Assembly: GCA_009782385.1 (NCBI GenBank)
Contig: WRJE01000003.1
Span: 1,711 to 65,710, forward strand
Direction: 5' to 3'
Source of the DNA: Oscillospiraceae bacterium
GTDB taxonomy: Bacteria; Bacillota; Clostridia; Oscillospirales; UBA929
DNA length: 64,000 nucleotides
The notes under the pieces are model-generated. The model was not told the origin of the DNA. It was given only the letters and a program-made list of their open reading frames with translations, and searched no databases. Made by a program: the position numbers and the translations under genes. This document shows, piece after piece, positions 8,808 to 17,787 of this stretch (positions are counted from its first letter, which is position 1; each line of letters begins with the position of its first letter).

Positions 8808-10207
8808 CGCGGTAAGTCCTCTCCTTTATCAAGTAATTCAAATTTGCTGAGTATGCTGTCGTATACAGATGATTTGTAGGCAATATAACCGGTGTTTTCT
8901 CCGTTGTAAACTATGAGATACTGGCGTTCGTTTATGGCGTACAACTCCATGGTTCGTGATGTGCCGTCCAGAAGCGTTATGACGAACTTGTAGTCGGAGG
9001 GTGTTGACGGAATATCCGCATCGGTTGAGCCGTTGATAAAAACGGACAGTATACTGGAGTATATGCGTCGTCCGTTCAGTTCCTCCAGTTCCTTGCCGTC
9101 AATCCACGCCCTAAGTTCATCATCGCTGTGTTCGTATTTAATGAGACGGTGTATGCCCTCAAGATAGCAGTCTACATGACTGACATCATCTATGATAATA
9201 AGCTCCCAGAGCATACTTGAACGCAGATGGTGGTAGCTAACGTCAACAAACGAGTAGTCGCCGTCTCTGTCCAGAAGGACGGCGTTAATGCCCTCCGCCA
9301 TGACATACCGCCCCGTATTTTCGGTGTCGCGCTTGCCGACAAGCAAAACGCCCGACCAATCCTCGTGATCCTCCAATTCGACACGAACAGGATTATCTAA
9401 ACCGTACTGCGCTAAATCAACGGGGTTAATCTCGATAATTTCGGACGGGCTTATTGTCGTAAGGGGAATCATAAAGGCCTGTTGAGCGGCATAGGAGTTG
9501 AGGTCTGACTCTACGGGCAGGGTCATTTTTAAGAAACCGTTTTCTATTTCGCCCACAAAGGAGAGTTCGATGGTATCTTGCGCGGTGACCGCCATACGGG
9601 AAAAGTAATACCATGTTTGATTGTCATCGTTGGCGGGTGTTATATAATCCGGCAGGAAAGAAACGTTGTATAAGTCCTCCGGGGAGCGGCTTAACCGCTC
9701 CGCCTGCCGTGTGTCCATAATATAGACATCATTTTTATCCATTACGCGGACATACCGCGATAACAACGCGCCGCTCAGACCAATTTCGACAGAACTGCCA
9801 TCGTTTAGGGTTACGCGCCACTTAACGGGAGGGTCGGCGAGATCGTAATCTTCAAGTGTTCTATCATCGGCGTTTTCGGCTACGCGCTTTAGTTTTTTCG
9901 CGCTGATGGCATCGGCGAATTGATATGAAACGGCGTTGACATTAAACGGGAACAGGGCGCGGCTTGCCGCCACGGATAGTTCTCCGGTATCGCCGCCGCG
10001 AGTTATGGTATAAGGCGGGAAGTCCGCCGATGTGAAAGCTACGCTCCTAACCTCACTGAAAGAAAAGTTGATGATGTCGAACAGCTCCTCTTCCGTTTCG
10101 GGTGTAGTTTCGGGTTCAGGCTCGCCCATAAGGGCGAGCAGGGCAATCAGACCGCCGAGGAGCAGCAGTGCCGCAACGCTGAGAATCAGTATACGGGAAC
10201 GCGGCAT
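8804..10207 (-). CDS. DUF4340-like protein, membrane-anchored accessory protein of the GldG-type ABC system
   Basis: 467 aa with an N-terminal TM. It sits immediately downstream of a GldG-type gene, as DUF4340 genes usually do. The family call comes from context and memory, not from a search. Confidence 0.5.
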   Translation of the reverse strand: MPRSRILILSVAALLLLGGLIALLALMGEPEPETTPETEEELFDIINFSFSEVRSVAFTSADFPPYTITRGGDTGELSVAASRALFPFNVNAVSYQFADAISAKKLKRVAENADDRTLEDYDLADPPVKWRVTLNDGSSVEIGLSGALLSRYVRVMDKNDVYIMDTRQAERLSRSPEDLYNVSFLPDYITPANDDNQTWYYFSRMAVTAQDTIELSFVGEIENGFLKMTLPVESDLNSYAAQQAFMIPLTTISPSEIIEINPVDLAQYGLDNPVRVELEDHEDWSGVLLVGKRDTENTGRYVMAEGINAVLLDRDGDYSFVDVSYHHLRSSMLWELIIIDDVSHVDCYLEGIHRLIKYEHSDDELRAWIDGKELEELNGRRIYSSILSVFINGSTDADIPSTPSDYKFVITLLDGTSRTMELYAINERQYLIVYNGENTGYIAYKSSVYDSILSKFELLDKGEDLPR

Positions 10208-12336
10208 TACAGACTCCTCCTTTTACGCCACACAAAGCCGCCCGCAACGAATATTATCAGCGGCATTGCTATTACAAGCGCGAAGAATATCACGCGCACC
10301 TGTCCGGACATTATGGACATGGAAGAACCGGCAAGAACCTTGACCGGAATAATTACGCTTTCACCCGAGGGGTTGAAGTCATTGGCTATAACACCGAGCA
10401 GCTGGGCGTTTATAAAGTATTGGCTGTTGCCGAGCGCGGTGTCGTCTATCAGACAGTAGCTTGAAACGAGCATACGCGAGGTCACGGGATTAAGGTTAAC
10501 ATTACCCCTGTCGGTTGTTAGCATTGCGAGAATGAATGGACCTTCTTTGTCGCCGGGGGATTTTTCGGCTGTCGCGTTATCCGAATCAAAAGACTTTGAG
10601 TAAGATGTGGACCATGACGCTACCAGAGGTTCAGAGGTGCGCCATTCGCGCTCGCCTGTCGGCCACAGGGGCGTTAACGGGCGCGCGCCGCCCATCACCG
10701 CCATTTTGTTTACGGTATCAAGTGATTCCGCGGAGGGGAGCTTTTCCGGAGCTAACACCGCCGCGCCGATTGCGTAGAGATAACCGAAGTTATACGTGGG
10801 ATCAAGCACAAGCTCAGAACTAACGGAGACACCCCATTCCTCGATATATAAATCGAGATTCGGTAGCTTGGGGGTATCCATGTCATAGAAAATCATGGTG
10901 TTGCCGCCGGAGTTCATATATGCCTCAAGCCGCTCCATCTCCAACGGAAGAAGGTCGCTTTTGGGCGCGGCGCATATAACGACTGTTGTGTCGGCCGGCA
11001 GGTCGTTATGGGCAAGATTTATTGTTTCGACCTCATAATTTGAGGTTTCAAAGAGGGCTTGAAGCGCGGTTGTCGGGCTTTCGTTATGCCCCTCAAGGAA
11101 CACGGCGCGGGCGGTCACATCGGATAGGGTGTATAACAACGCGCTTGTAAGTTTCTGCTCGGCATCCATTGCAACGGGAGCGGGCTGATTTCTGTTGTTA
11201 TAGCTCCATAAAAAGAGATTTCCGGCATTGACTGAGGTATATCTTCTCGCGCTTTCGACTATAATATCGCCGGACACCACATCGGTAAGCGCGGGATACT
11301 GCTCTTTAATACGGGGGTTGAGGTCGGGGTCGATGTAATTGACCTTTACTCTGCCGCCGGAGTAAGAGGAGTACATATTAAGCGTTTCCATCAGGCGATA
11401 GCGGAGGTCTTCCGGGTTCTGCCATTCGGCCTCTTTGTCCAGAACGGTTATGGTTACGTCCTCACCGATGCCGCGAAGAACATCAATAGTCTGCTCCGAC
11501 AGTGTGTAAAATTTTTGCTCGGAGAGGTCGGCTTTAAGGTAAAAGCGAGTTGTGAGCTGGGTTGCCGCGATGTTTACGAGAACAACGCCAACAATAAAAA
11601 TTGCGGTTATAGCGATGGAGAAGCCGCGCTGCCTGTCCCAGCGGCGTGCGGTGAGGAACAGGAACAGCAGAGTTAAACTTATAAAAAACACGACATCGTC
11701 CAGAGCCAGTATACCGCTGTTAATAGAGCCGTAACGCCCGAAAACGGAGATTGAGCCGAGCGCGTTCATGAACCATAAAGGAAACGCGCCGTTGCTGTAA
11801 AAGAATGAGTGAATTACATCGAGAAGGTATAGTCCGATAAACATCCCGAGAGAGCCAACGGCGGCAACCACTTGATTTTCGGTTAATGACGAGATGAAAA
11901 TGCCCATTGCTATATATGCCGCGCCGATGAAGAACATACCGGCGTAGTTACCGATTACCTCCGCCACGTTGTTTGAAGCGAAAGCAGAGATTATTGCCGG
12001 CCATGTCAGCGTTAACGCGAGAAGCGTCACAAATACGAGCTGTGCCGACAGGAACTTGCCCGATACTATATCGAAAGTGCGGACGGGCGTTGTGAGCAGC
12101 AGCAGGTCGGTTTTCATTTTATATTCCTCGGAGAATACGCGCATTGTGAGGATGGGGGTCGTGAACATCATCACGAGCAGCATAAAGCCGAACACACCGG
12201 AGACCGACGCGGAGTTGCCCAAGGCATTGTTTAGGTAGAACACCAGATTCAACACAAAAATATACGAACCGATGTAAATATATCCTATGGGTGACGTGAA
12301 ATACGCCTTAAAATCCCTCTTTAGTATAGATGTCAT
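10207..12336 (-). CDS. Fused ABC-2 permease (GldF-like) and GldG-like auxiliary domain protein
   Basis: 709 aa. The N-terminal ~240 aa are polytopic and ABC-2-like. A large extracytoplasmic domain and a terminal TM follow. Start and stop overlap the neighbouring genes. Confidence 0.65.
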   Translation of the reverse strand: MTSILKRDFKAYFTSPIGYIYIGSYIFVLNLVFYLNNALGNSASVSGVFGFMLLVMMFTTPILTMRVFSEEYKMKTDLLLLTTPVRTFDIVSGKFLSAQLVFVTLLALTLTWPAIISAFASNNVAEVIGNYAGMFFIGAAYIAMGIFISSLTENQVVAAVGSLGMFIGLYLLDVIHSFFYSNGAFPLWFMNALGSISVFGRYGSINSGILALDDVVFFISLTLLFLFLTARRWDRQRGFSIAITAIFIVGVVLVNIAATQLTTRFYLKADLSEQKFYTLSEQTIDVLRGIGEDVTITVLDKEAEWQNPEDLRYRLMETLNMYSSYSGGRVKVNYIDPDLNPRIKEQYPALTDVVSGDIIVESARRYTSVNAGNLFLWSYNNRNQPAPVAMDAEQKLTSALLYTLSDVTARAVFLEGHNESPTTALQALFETSNYEVETINLAHNDLPADTTVVICAAPKSDLLPLEMERLEAYMNSGGNTMIFYDMDTPKLPNLDLYIEEWGVSVSSELVLDPTYNFGYLYAIGAAVLAPEKLPSAESLDTVNKMAVMGGARPLTPLWPTGEREWRTSEPLVASWSTSYSKSFDSDNATAEKSPGDKEGPFILAMLTTDRGNVNLNPVTSRMLVSSYCLIDDTALGNSQYFINAQLLGVIANDFNPSGESVIIPVKVLAGSSMSIMSGQVRVIFFALVIAMPLIIFVAGGFVWRKRRSL

Positions 12337-13274
12337 TGCTGCTTACCCCCTTCTTCCGTAAGTTTTAAGAATACTTCCTCAAGCGAGGCGTTCTGCGGGC
12401 GCAGCATGAGAATCGGGTAGCCCGCTTGGGCGAGAGCGGAGAACATGGGCTTGCGAATATCTATATTCGGCTGGCTCTCGAGTAAAAAGTCGGAGCTTCC
12501 GTTTTCCATATCGCCAACGTGCCGAACGTTTTTGACACCGTCTTGAGAGCGCAGAAGCTGCTGCACGTTATTCTTCGGACCCGCAACGCGAACTAACAGT
12601 TCGCGCTCGCCCGAGAGAGCGTTTAAAAGGTTTTCGGGCTTGTCATCGGCGACTATAACGCCGCCGGAGATAACCAAAACGCGCTCGCACACGGCGGATA
12701 CTTCGGGCAGTATGTGAGTTGACAGGATAATCGTGCGGCTTTTGCTCATATCTTTAATGACATTGCGTATTTCGACAATCTGGCGGGGGTCAAGCCCAAC
12801 GGTAGGTTCGTCTAATATCAGAACCTCCGGATCTCCGATAAGAGCCTGCGCGAGACCCACGCGCTGGCGGTAACCCTTTGATAAATGTCCGATGACACGC
12901 TCGTAAACATCGGTTAGTCCGACAATTTCAATAATGCCTTTGATATGTTCGTCTCTGTCTTTTATGCCTTTCAGGCCGCATACGAAATATAGGTACTCCT
13001 TTACGGTCATACCGAGATACAGCGGCGGCTGTTCGGGAAGGTAACCCATATGTTTTTTCGCGCCGAGCGGATTGTTCATGACATCTATTCCCGCTACTTT
13101 AACGCTGCCCGCTCCGGCGGGCAAGTAGCCCGTTATAACGTTCATCGTTGTGGACTTTCCCGCGCCGTTCGGCCCGAGAAACCCGACAATCTCACCTTCG
13201 CCAACGGTAAAGGTGATATCGGTTATTCCGCGATTTTTACCGTAGGACTTTGTAAGCCCCTGTACTTCTATCAT
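12333..13274 (-). CDS. ABC transporter ATP-binding protein (GldA-like)
   Basis: Walker A GPNGAGKST, signature LSKGYRQR and Walker B ILDEPTVGLD. Confidence 0.9.
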   Translation of the reverse strand: MIEVQGLTKSYGKNRGITDITFTVGEGEIVGFLGPNGAGKSTTMNVITGYLPAGAGSVKVAGIDVMNNPLGAKKHMGYLPEQPPLYLGMTVKEYLYFVCGLKGIKDRDEHIKGIIEIVGLTDVYERVIGHLSKGYRQRVGLAQALIGDPEVLILDEPTVGLDPRQIVEIRNVIKDMSKSRTIILSTHILPEVSAVCERVLVISGGVIVADDKPENLLNALSGERELLVRVAGPKNNVQQLLRSQDGVKNVRHVGDMENGSSDFLLESQPNIDIRKPMFSALAQAGYPILMLRPQNASLEEVFLKLTEEGGKQQ

Positions 13275-13316
13275 TTGTTATCCTCCTATTATTTATGGGC
13301 GGGACGCGCGTTGGGC

Positions 13317-13343
13317 GGGATGACCAAGGGCATCCCCTACGAG
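13317..13343 (-). repeat. TGTAGGG-hairpin family member, likely terminator after flhB
   Basis: On the minus strand, just after the flhB stop: CTCGTAGGGGATGCCCTTGGTCATCCC (hairpin GGGATG...CATCCC). Confidence 0.55.
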
Positions 13344-13344
13344 A

Positions 13345-14418
13345 TTACGCGGTTTTGCCTTTCATTTGGTAGACATATGCCAATATTTCGGCAACGGCGG
13401 CAAACATTTCCTCGGGAATTGAATCGCCGACATCAACGGCTGTATACAGAGCCTGCGCGATGGGCTTGTTTTCCACTAAGGGTATGCCGTGTTCCGCCGC
13501 TTTCCTTTTAATATTCTGGGCAACTATGTCCTTGCCCTTTGCAAGCACGACCGGAGTTTCCATTTCCTTATCTCTATACTCCAGAGCAACGGCATAATGA
13601 GTGGGGTTCGTGATGACGACATCGGCCTTTGGGATTGCCGCCATCATGCGCCGCTGTGACATTTCGCGCTGTTTCTGCTTGATGGCTTGCTTGATTTTCG
13701 GGTCGCCCTCAATCATTTTATACTCGTCTTTAATCTCCTGCTTTGACATTTTAAGGTTTTTTTCAAATTCCCACCACTGGTAGAGATAGTCAAACAGTCC
13801 AAGAGCAACGAGCGCGAGACACGCCTTAAACGCAACGCCAATGCACATATCAAATATTGCTTTTCCCGCGTCAGGGAGGTCAAGAGCCATGAAGTTAGCG
13901 AACATCGGCATACTTTTTCTATACTCAAGGTACACAACAAATCCGACAATGCCTATTTTCAACAGGGATTTCAAGAGTTCGACTATCGAACGCATAGAGA
14001 AGATACGCTTAAAGCCGCTTAGGGGACTTATGCGGTTAAACTGAGGTTTAATCGATTCGGGCGCGAAGAGAAAACCGACTTGCGCGAGATTGACGGCAAT
14101 GCCTGCCGCGAAAGCGACAACCAACAGCGGCCACGCAATCTTTATAATAGAGGTAAAGCCGCCGATTACAAGGTTGTGCATTCGCATTTCGTCCATGTTG
14201 TGAACGCCTTCTATAATAGTTGTTGTCAGCCCGTTTTCTATCAGTTCCGCCATGGTTTTCACGATATAGCCGGACATCGCGAAAATAATCGCGAACAGGG
14301 ACAGCACCATCACGGCGGTGTTAATCTCCGCGCTTTTCAGCACCTGACCTTTTTTGCGCGAATCCTCGCGCTTCTTAGGCGTTGCTTTTTCGGTCTTTTC
14401 CTGTGCGCCTGCCGGCAA
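13345..14418 (-). CDS. flhB: Flagellar biosynthesis protein FlhB (export gate, substrate specificity switch)
   Basis: EKTEKATPKKREDSRKKGQV at the N-terminus, four TM segments, and the NPTH autocleavage motif (VVITNPTHYAVAL). Confidence 0.9.
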   Translation of the reverse strand: MPAGAQEKTEKATPKKREDSRKKGQVLKSAEINTAVMVLSLFAIIFAMSGYIVKTMAELIENGLTTTIIEGVHNMDEMRMHNLVIGGFTSIIKIAWPLLVVAFAAGIAVNLAQVGFLFAPESIKPQFNRISPLSGFKRIFSMRSIVELLKSLLKIGIVGFVVYLEYRKSMPMFANFMALDLPDAGKAIFDMCIGVAFKACLALVALGLFDYLYQWWEFEKNLKMSKQEIKDEYKMIEGDPKIKQAIKQKQREMSQRRMMAAIPKADVVITNPTHYAVALEYRDKEMETPVVLAKGKDIVAQNIKRKAAEHGIPLVENKPIAQALYTAVDVGDSIPEEMFAAVAEILAYVYQMKGKTA

Positions 14419-14431
14419 AATGAATCACCCC

Positions 14432-14616
14432 TTACAATTAACAGATAACAATGAACAATGAACAATTATAATGAGCAATGAACAATTACCGCATAAAACA
14501 TAACAGATAATCATAGTTTTGTCAATCACAAACGACCGTTGTCCATTGTTTGTTTACAATTACATTGTTAATTAACCAATTATAATTGTTAATTGTTATC
14601 TGTTAATTGTTAATTG
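14432..14616. repeat. AT-rich palindromic element (about 40-bp inverted arms around about 100 bp) filling the fliR-flhB gap
   Basis: The left arm TTACAATTAACAGATAACAATGAACAAT... (from 14432) is the reverse complement of the right arm ...ATTGTTAATTGTTATCTGTTAATTGTTAATTGA (to 14616). There is also an internal 20-bp tandem: AATGAACAATGAACAATTAT / AATGAGCAATGAACAATTAC (14450-14489). Confidence 0.8.
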
Positions 14617-14617
14617 A

Positions 14618-15400
14618 TCATCCCGGCTGCATAACCGGAAGGATGGTATTTATAAATTCATACATCCGCTCGAATATGATGTTTGTAAAGCGGATGAACA
14701 CAGGCAATACAACCCCGAGCATTATTAACCCCAACAGTGTTTTTAAGGGTATGCCTATGACAAAAATGTTCATCTGGGGCGATGTACGCACGACTATGCC
14801 CAGTCCGACCTCCGCCACAAGCGCGGACGCGACAAGGGGTATCGCCACATTGACGGACAAGATAAAGGTCGTGACAAACCCGTTGAGCATTAGCGTTCCG
14901 ATTTCCGGGCGGAAAGCGGCGTGACCTACGGGAATATACTCAAATGTGGCGAACAACAGGCGTATCAGCTTTATATGACCGTTGGAGAGCAGTACGCATA
15001 TGAGCAGGATGGAGTTCATCAGCGTTCCGGCAACGGGCATTTGTGCGTTGGTGGCGACATCGTATATCTGCACCATGCCGAAGCCGATTTGTGTGTCGAT
15101 GATGTTTCCGGCGGTAAAGACAACACTGAAAAACATTGTGGTTACATAACCGATTATCAGACCGATAAGCAGCTCACCGAATATCGTAAAGACGAAGTGC
15201 AGAATTGTCGGCGGCAGTCCGGGCGCGGGCGGGAACATCTGAATGGCTATGAACGCCAGTATAACCGACAGCAGGACTTTTACATACGCGGGTATATTGT
15301 TTCGCCCGAAAATCGGCGACACGATGAACAGCGCGGACATACGCACAACAAACAGGAGAAAATGCACCACCCACTCAACAACATCGCCGGTGATAATCAT
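14618..15400 (-). CDS. fliR: Flagellar biosynthesis protein FliR
   Basis: Polytopic membrane protein downstream of fliQ. The start is placed at the ATG at 15400 (MIITGDVVEW...), giving 260 aa. The ORF-track start at 15433 would overlap fliQ by 37 nt. Confidence 0.85.
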   Translation of the reverse strand: MIITGDVVEWVVHFLLFVVRMSALFIVSPIFGRNNIPAYVKVLLSVILAFIAIQMFPPAPGLPPTILHFVFTIFGELLIGLIIGYVTTMFFSVVFTAGNIIDTQIGFGMVQIYDVATNAQMPVAGTLMNSILLICVLLSNGHIKLIRLLFATFEYIPVGHAAFRPEIGTLMLNGFVTTFILSVNVAIPLVASALVAEVGLGIVVRTSPQMNIFVIGIPLKTLLGLIMLGVVLPVFIRFTNIIFERMYEFINTILPVMQPG

Positions 15401-15678
15401 ATGCCCACACCTCTTGCAACGTTCCCAATCCATTCATATATTTGGAATGTAAAGTCTCTAAGTCTTATAAGCATCCAAGCCCCGAAGATAATAAGCCCGA
15501 TAAAAACGGACAATATCTTTGCCACAAACACGATAGTCTGTTCGTTTACCTGTGTTGTCGCCTGTATGATTGAGATTGTAAGCCCGACAATAAGCCCCAG
15601 TCCGAGCATGGGGAGAGAGAGCCATAAAATTTCAAATATAGCCATACTTATTATGGTTGTGATATTACCTTCGCTCAT
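15397..15678 (-). CDS. fliQ: Flagellar biosynthesis protein FliQ
   Basis: 93 aa with two TM segments and the conserved IIQATTQVNEQT motif. Confidence 0.9.
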   Translation of the reverse strand: MSEGNITTIISMAIFEILWLSLPMLGLGLIVGLTISIIQATTQVNEQTIVFVAKILSVFIGLIIFGAWMLIRLRDFTFQIYEWIGNVARGVGI

Positions 15679-15686
15679 AAAAACAC

Positions 15687-16517
15687 CTATCCGGTATTAA
15701 ATAGATTAAACAGGGTTCTAACCGTCAGATTCCAGCCGTCAACCAAAACGAACAGCATTATCTTGAACGGCAGGGATATCATGACAGGCGGGAGCATCAT
15801 CATACCCATTGACATGAGCGCGGACGCGACAACCATGTCGATGACGATAAACGGAATATATATCATAAAGCCGATGATAAACCCGGTCTTTATTTCACTT
15901 ATAATAAACGCGGGGATAAGTACGTGCGTGGGTATATCATCGAGACCATCGGGCCTGTCCAGTCCGGCAATCCCCATCATGTTAACCAAATCCTCCATAT
16001 TTTGCATAGCACCTATCTGTCTGAACATGAACCAACGGACGGGACCGATGGTGCGGTCAATCATTTCATCGAGCTGTATTTCCTCGGCGGCATACGGATC
16101 CCAAGCATTGGTTTTTATCTCGTCATAGACGGGGAACATGACAAAAAATGTTAAAAAGAGCGCGAGACCGATCATGACCTGATTCGGCGGCATTTGCTGA
16201 GTACCCATCGCGCTTCGGGTAAACGACAGCACGATGACGATACGGGTAAACGCCGTCACCATTATCAGTATCGAGGGGGCAAGGCTTAAAATTGTCAGCA
16301 GAACAAGGATTTCAACGGTGGTTGTCGCGTCTTCGAGTGTCATGTCGCCGCCGAATAGATTGAAAGGGAAATAGTCTGACAGTCTTGATGCCGTATCGGG
16401 TTCGGTATCTCCGCCGATAGTGACATCAAGCGGCGGAATTTCGGTTGCCAACGCGGTCGGCGCAAAGAGAAGCGCGGCGAAAAGGAACGCGAATATCACT
16501 AACGCGATTTTTTTCAT
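15687..16517 (-). CDS. fliP: Flagellar biosynthesis protein FliP
   Basis: Signal peptide, then FTRIVIVLSFTRSAMGTQQMPPNQV and the rest of the FliP core. Confidence 0.9.
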   Translation of the reverse strand: MKKIALVIFAFLFAALLFAPTALATEIPPLDVTIGGDTEPDTASRLSDYFPFNLFGGDMTLEDATTTVEILVLLTILSLAPSILIMVTAFTRIVIVLSFTRSAMGTQQMPPNQVMIGLALFLTFFVMFPVYDEIKTNAWDPYAAEEIQLDEMIDRTIGPVRWFMFRQIGAMQNMEDLVNMMGIAGLDRPDGLDDIPTHVLIPAFIISEIKTGFIIGFMIYIPFIVIDMVVASALMSMGMMMLPPVMISLPFKIMLFVLVDGWNLTVRTLFNLFNTG

Positions 16518-17401
16518 TTGCGTTCCCCTTTCTTAGAATACCTGTTATTTCTTTTTTCTATTCTGTCAAAAAGCTCGTCCAAATCATCGTTATTCGGCTC
16601 TCTGACAGGCGCGGGACTTACCGCTTTTGCGGGAGCTGCGGGAGCTGACGCTCTCTGCGTGTTGCCCGGCAAATTAGACACGGTGTTTTTGTATAAGGCG
16701 GCCGCGGCGGAGGCGGCGGTTACGGCGGGGGTTTCCGTGTTGCTCATTTGCTTTAAGCTGTCAATAGCCGCTTGATAATCTGGTGTTTTTGTTTGGGGTT
16801 CGGCAACGCTGCTTTCCGGACGCTCCGCGTTCCGCGCTTCGCCGCCGAGGAGTTCCAGTAAACCGTCTTTGTCACCATCGGCTTGGGCGCGGAGCAGCTC
16901 AAGCGCGAAAGATGAAGGCCCTGATTGGGGAGTGTTTTTTACGGGAGGACGAGCCGGAGGAGTATCTTTAGGCAGTAATCCCGCGTTAATTTTCATGTTG
17001 TGGATAAAGCGTTTCCCGAGCGAGCTGTTATCGGGATAATTATCTGAGGGAGACACTACGCGCGGAGCGGTGTCTGCCGGGGCTGTTTCGTTGTCCGCCC
17101 CGTTCAAATCCGCAGGGGACAACTCGCACAAAAAACGAAGCCCGTCCTTTGAGGAAGAGACGGCAATATACCGCCTTCCTATCTGAACGAGCATAATTCC
17201 GGCATCACGGGAGATATAGATACGTTCGAGAACGCGCATATTCTGCGCGCCGCCGATAGTACGCCTTTTAATCCATCGCATCGCCAAAAAACATAACGCG
17301 ACAATCGCCGCAAACGCTAAGAGCCCCCAAATGAGACTGCTGAAATCGTATACGGCGTTGTTAAGTCCGGAAGGCGTTGCGGTCAGCGCAAAGAGAGACA
17401 C
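16514..17401 (-). CDS. fliO: FliO/FliZ-type flagellar export protein with long low-complexity C-terminal extension
   Basis: The N-terminal TM plus RVLERIYISRDAGIMLVQIGRRYIAVS core is FliO-like. About 190 aa of A/P/S-rich tail follow. Position between cheY and fliP fits. Confidence 0.7.
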   Translation of the reverse strand: MSLFALTATPSGLNNAVYDFSSLIWGLLAFAAIVALCFLAMRWIKRRTIGGAQNMRVLERIYISRDAGIMLVQIGRRYIAVSSSKDGLRFLCELSPADLNGADNETAPADTAPRVVSPSDNYPDNSSLGKRFIHNMKINAGLLPKDTPPARPPVKNTPQSGPSSFALELLRAQADGDKDGLLELLGGEARNAERPESSVAEPQTKTPDYQAAIDSLKQMSNTETPAVTAASAAAALYKNTVSNLPGNTQRASAPAAPAKAVSPAPVREPNNDDLDELFDRIEKRNNRYSKKGERK

Positions 17402-17403
17402 GC

Positions 17404-17766
17404 CTATCCCAGCACCTTCTTAACGGCCTCGACCACGCGGTCGGCTTGGAAGGGCTTGACGATAAAGTCTTTCGCTCCGGACTGGATGGCTTCGATAACC
17501 ATTGCCTGCTGACCCATTGCCGAACACATAATGACCTTTGAAGCACCGTTGAACGCCTTAATGCTCTTGAGAGCCTCAATGCCGTTGACCTCAGGCATGG
17601 TGATGTCCATGATTACCAAGTCGGGGGTCAGCTCCTTGTATTTCTCAAGGGCGACCGCGCCGTTCTCGGCCTCACCGCAAACATCAAAGCCGTTCTTTGT
17701 CAGCACTTCTTTGATCATCATCCGCATAAACGCGGCGTCGTCAACAATCAGGATCCTATTACTCAT
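17404..17766 (-). CDS. cheY: Chemotaxis response regulator CheY
   Basis: 120-aa single receiver domain: ILIVDDAAFMR...DITMPEVNGIEAL...AKDFIVKPF. Its position in the fla operon matches Bacillus. Confidence 0.9.
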   Translation of the reverse strand: MSNRILIVDDAAFMRMMIKEVLTKNGFDVCGEAENGAVALEKYKELTPDLVIMDITMPEVNGIEALKSIKAFNGASKVIMCSAMGQQAMVIEAIQSGAKDFIVKPFQADRVVEAVKKVLG

Positions 17767-17787
17767 TATATTATTACCTCCCGGTCT

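Noticed and set aside
14450-14489. Tandem 20-bp repeats that might suggest a CRISPR or iteron array
   Set aside because: There are only two units, they are directly adjacent with no spacers, and they are embedded in a larger palindromic AT-rich element. No cas genes are in the window. No CRISPR array was found anywhere in the window.
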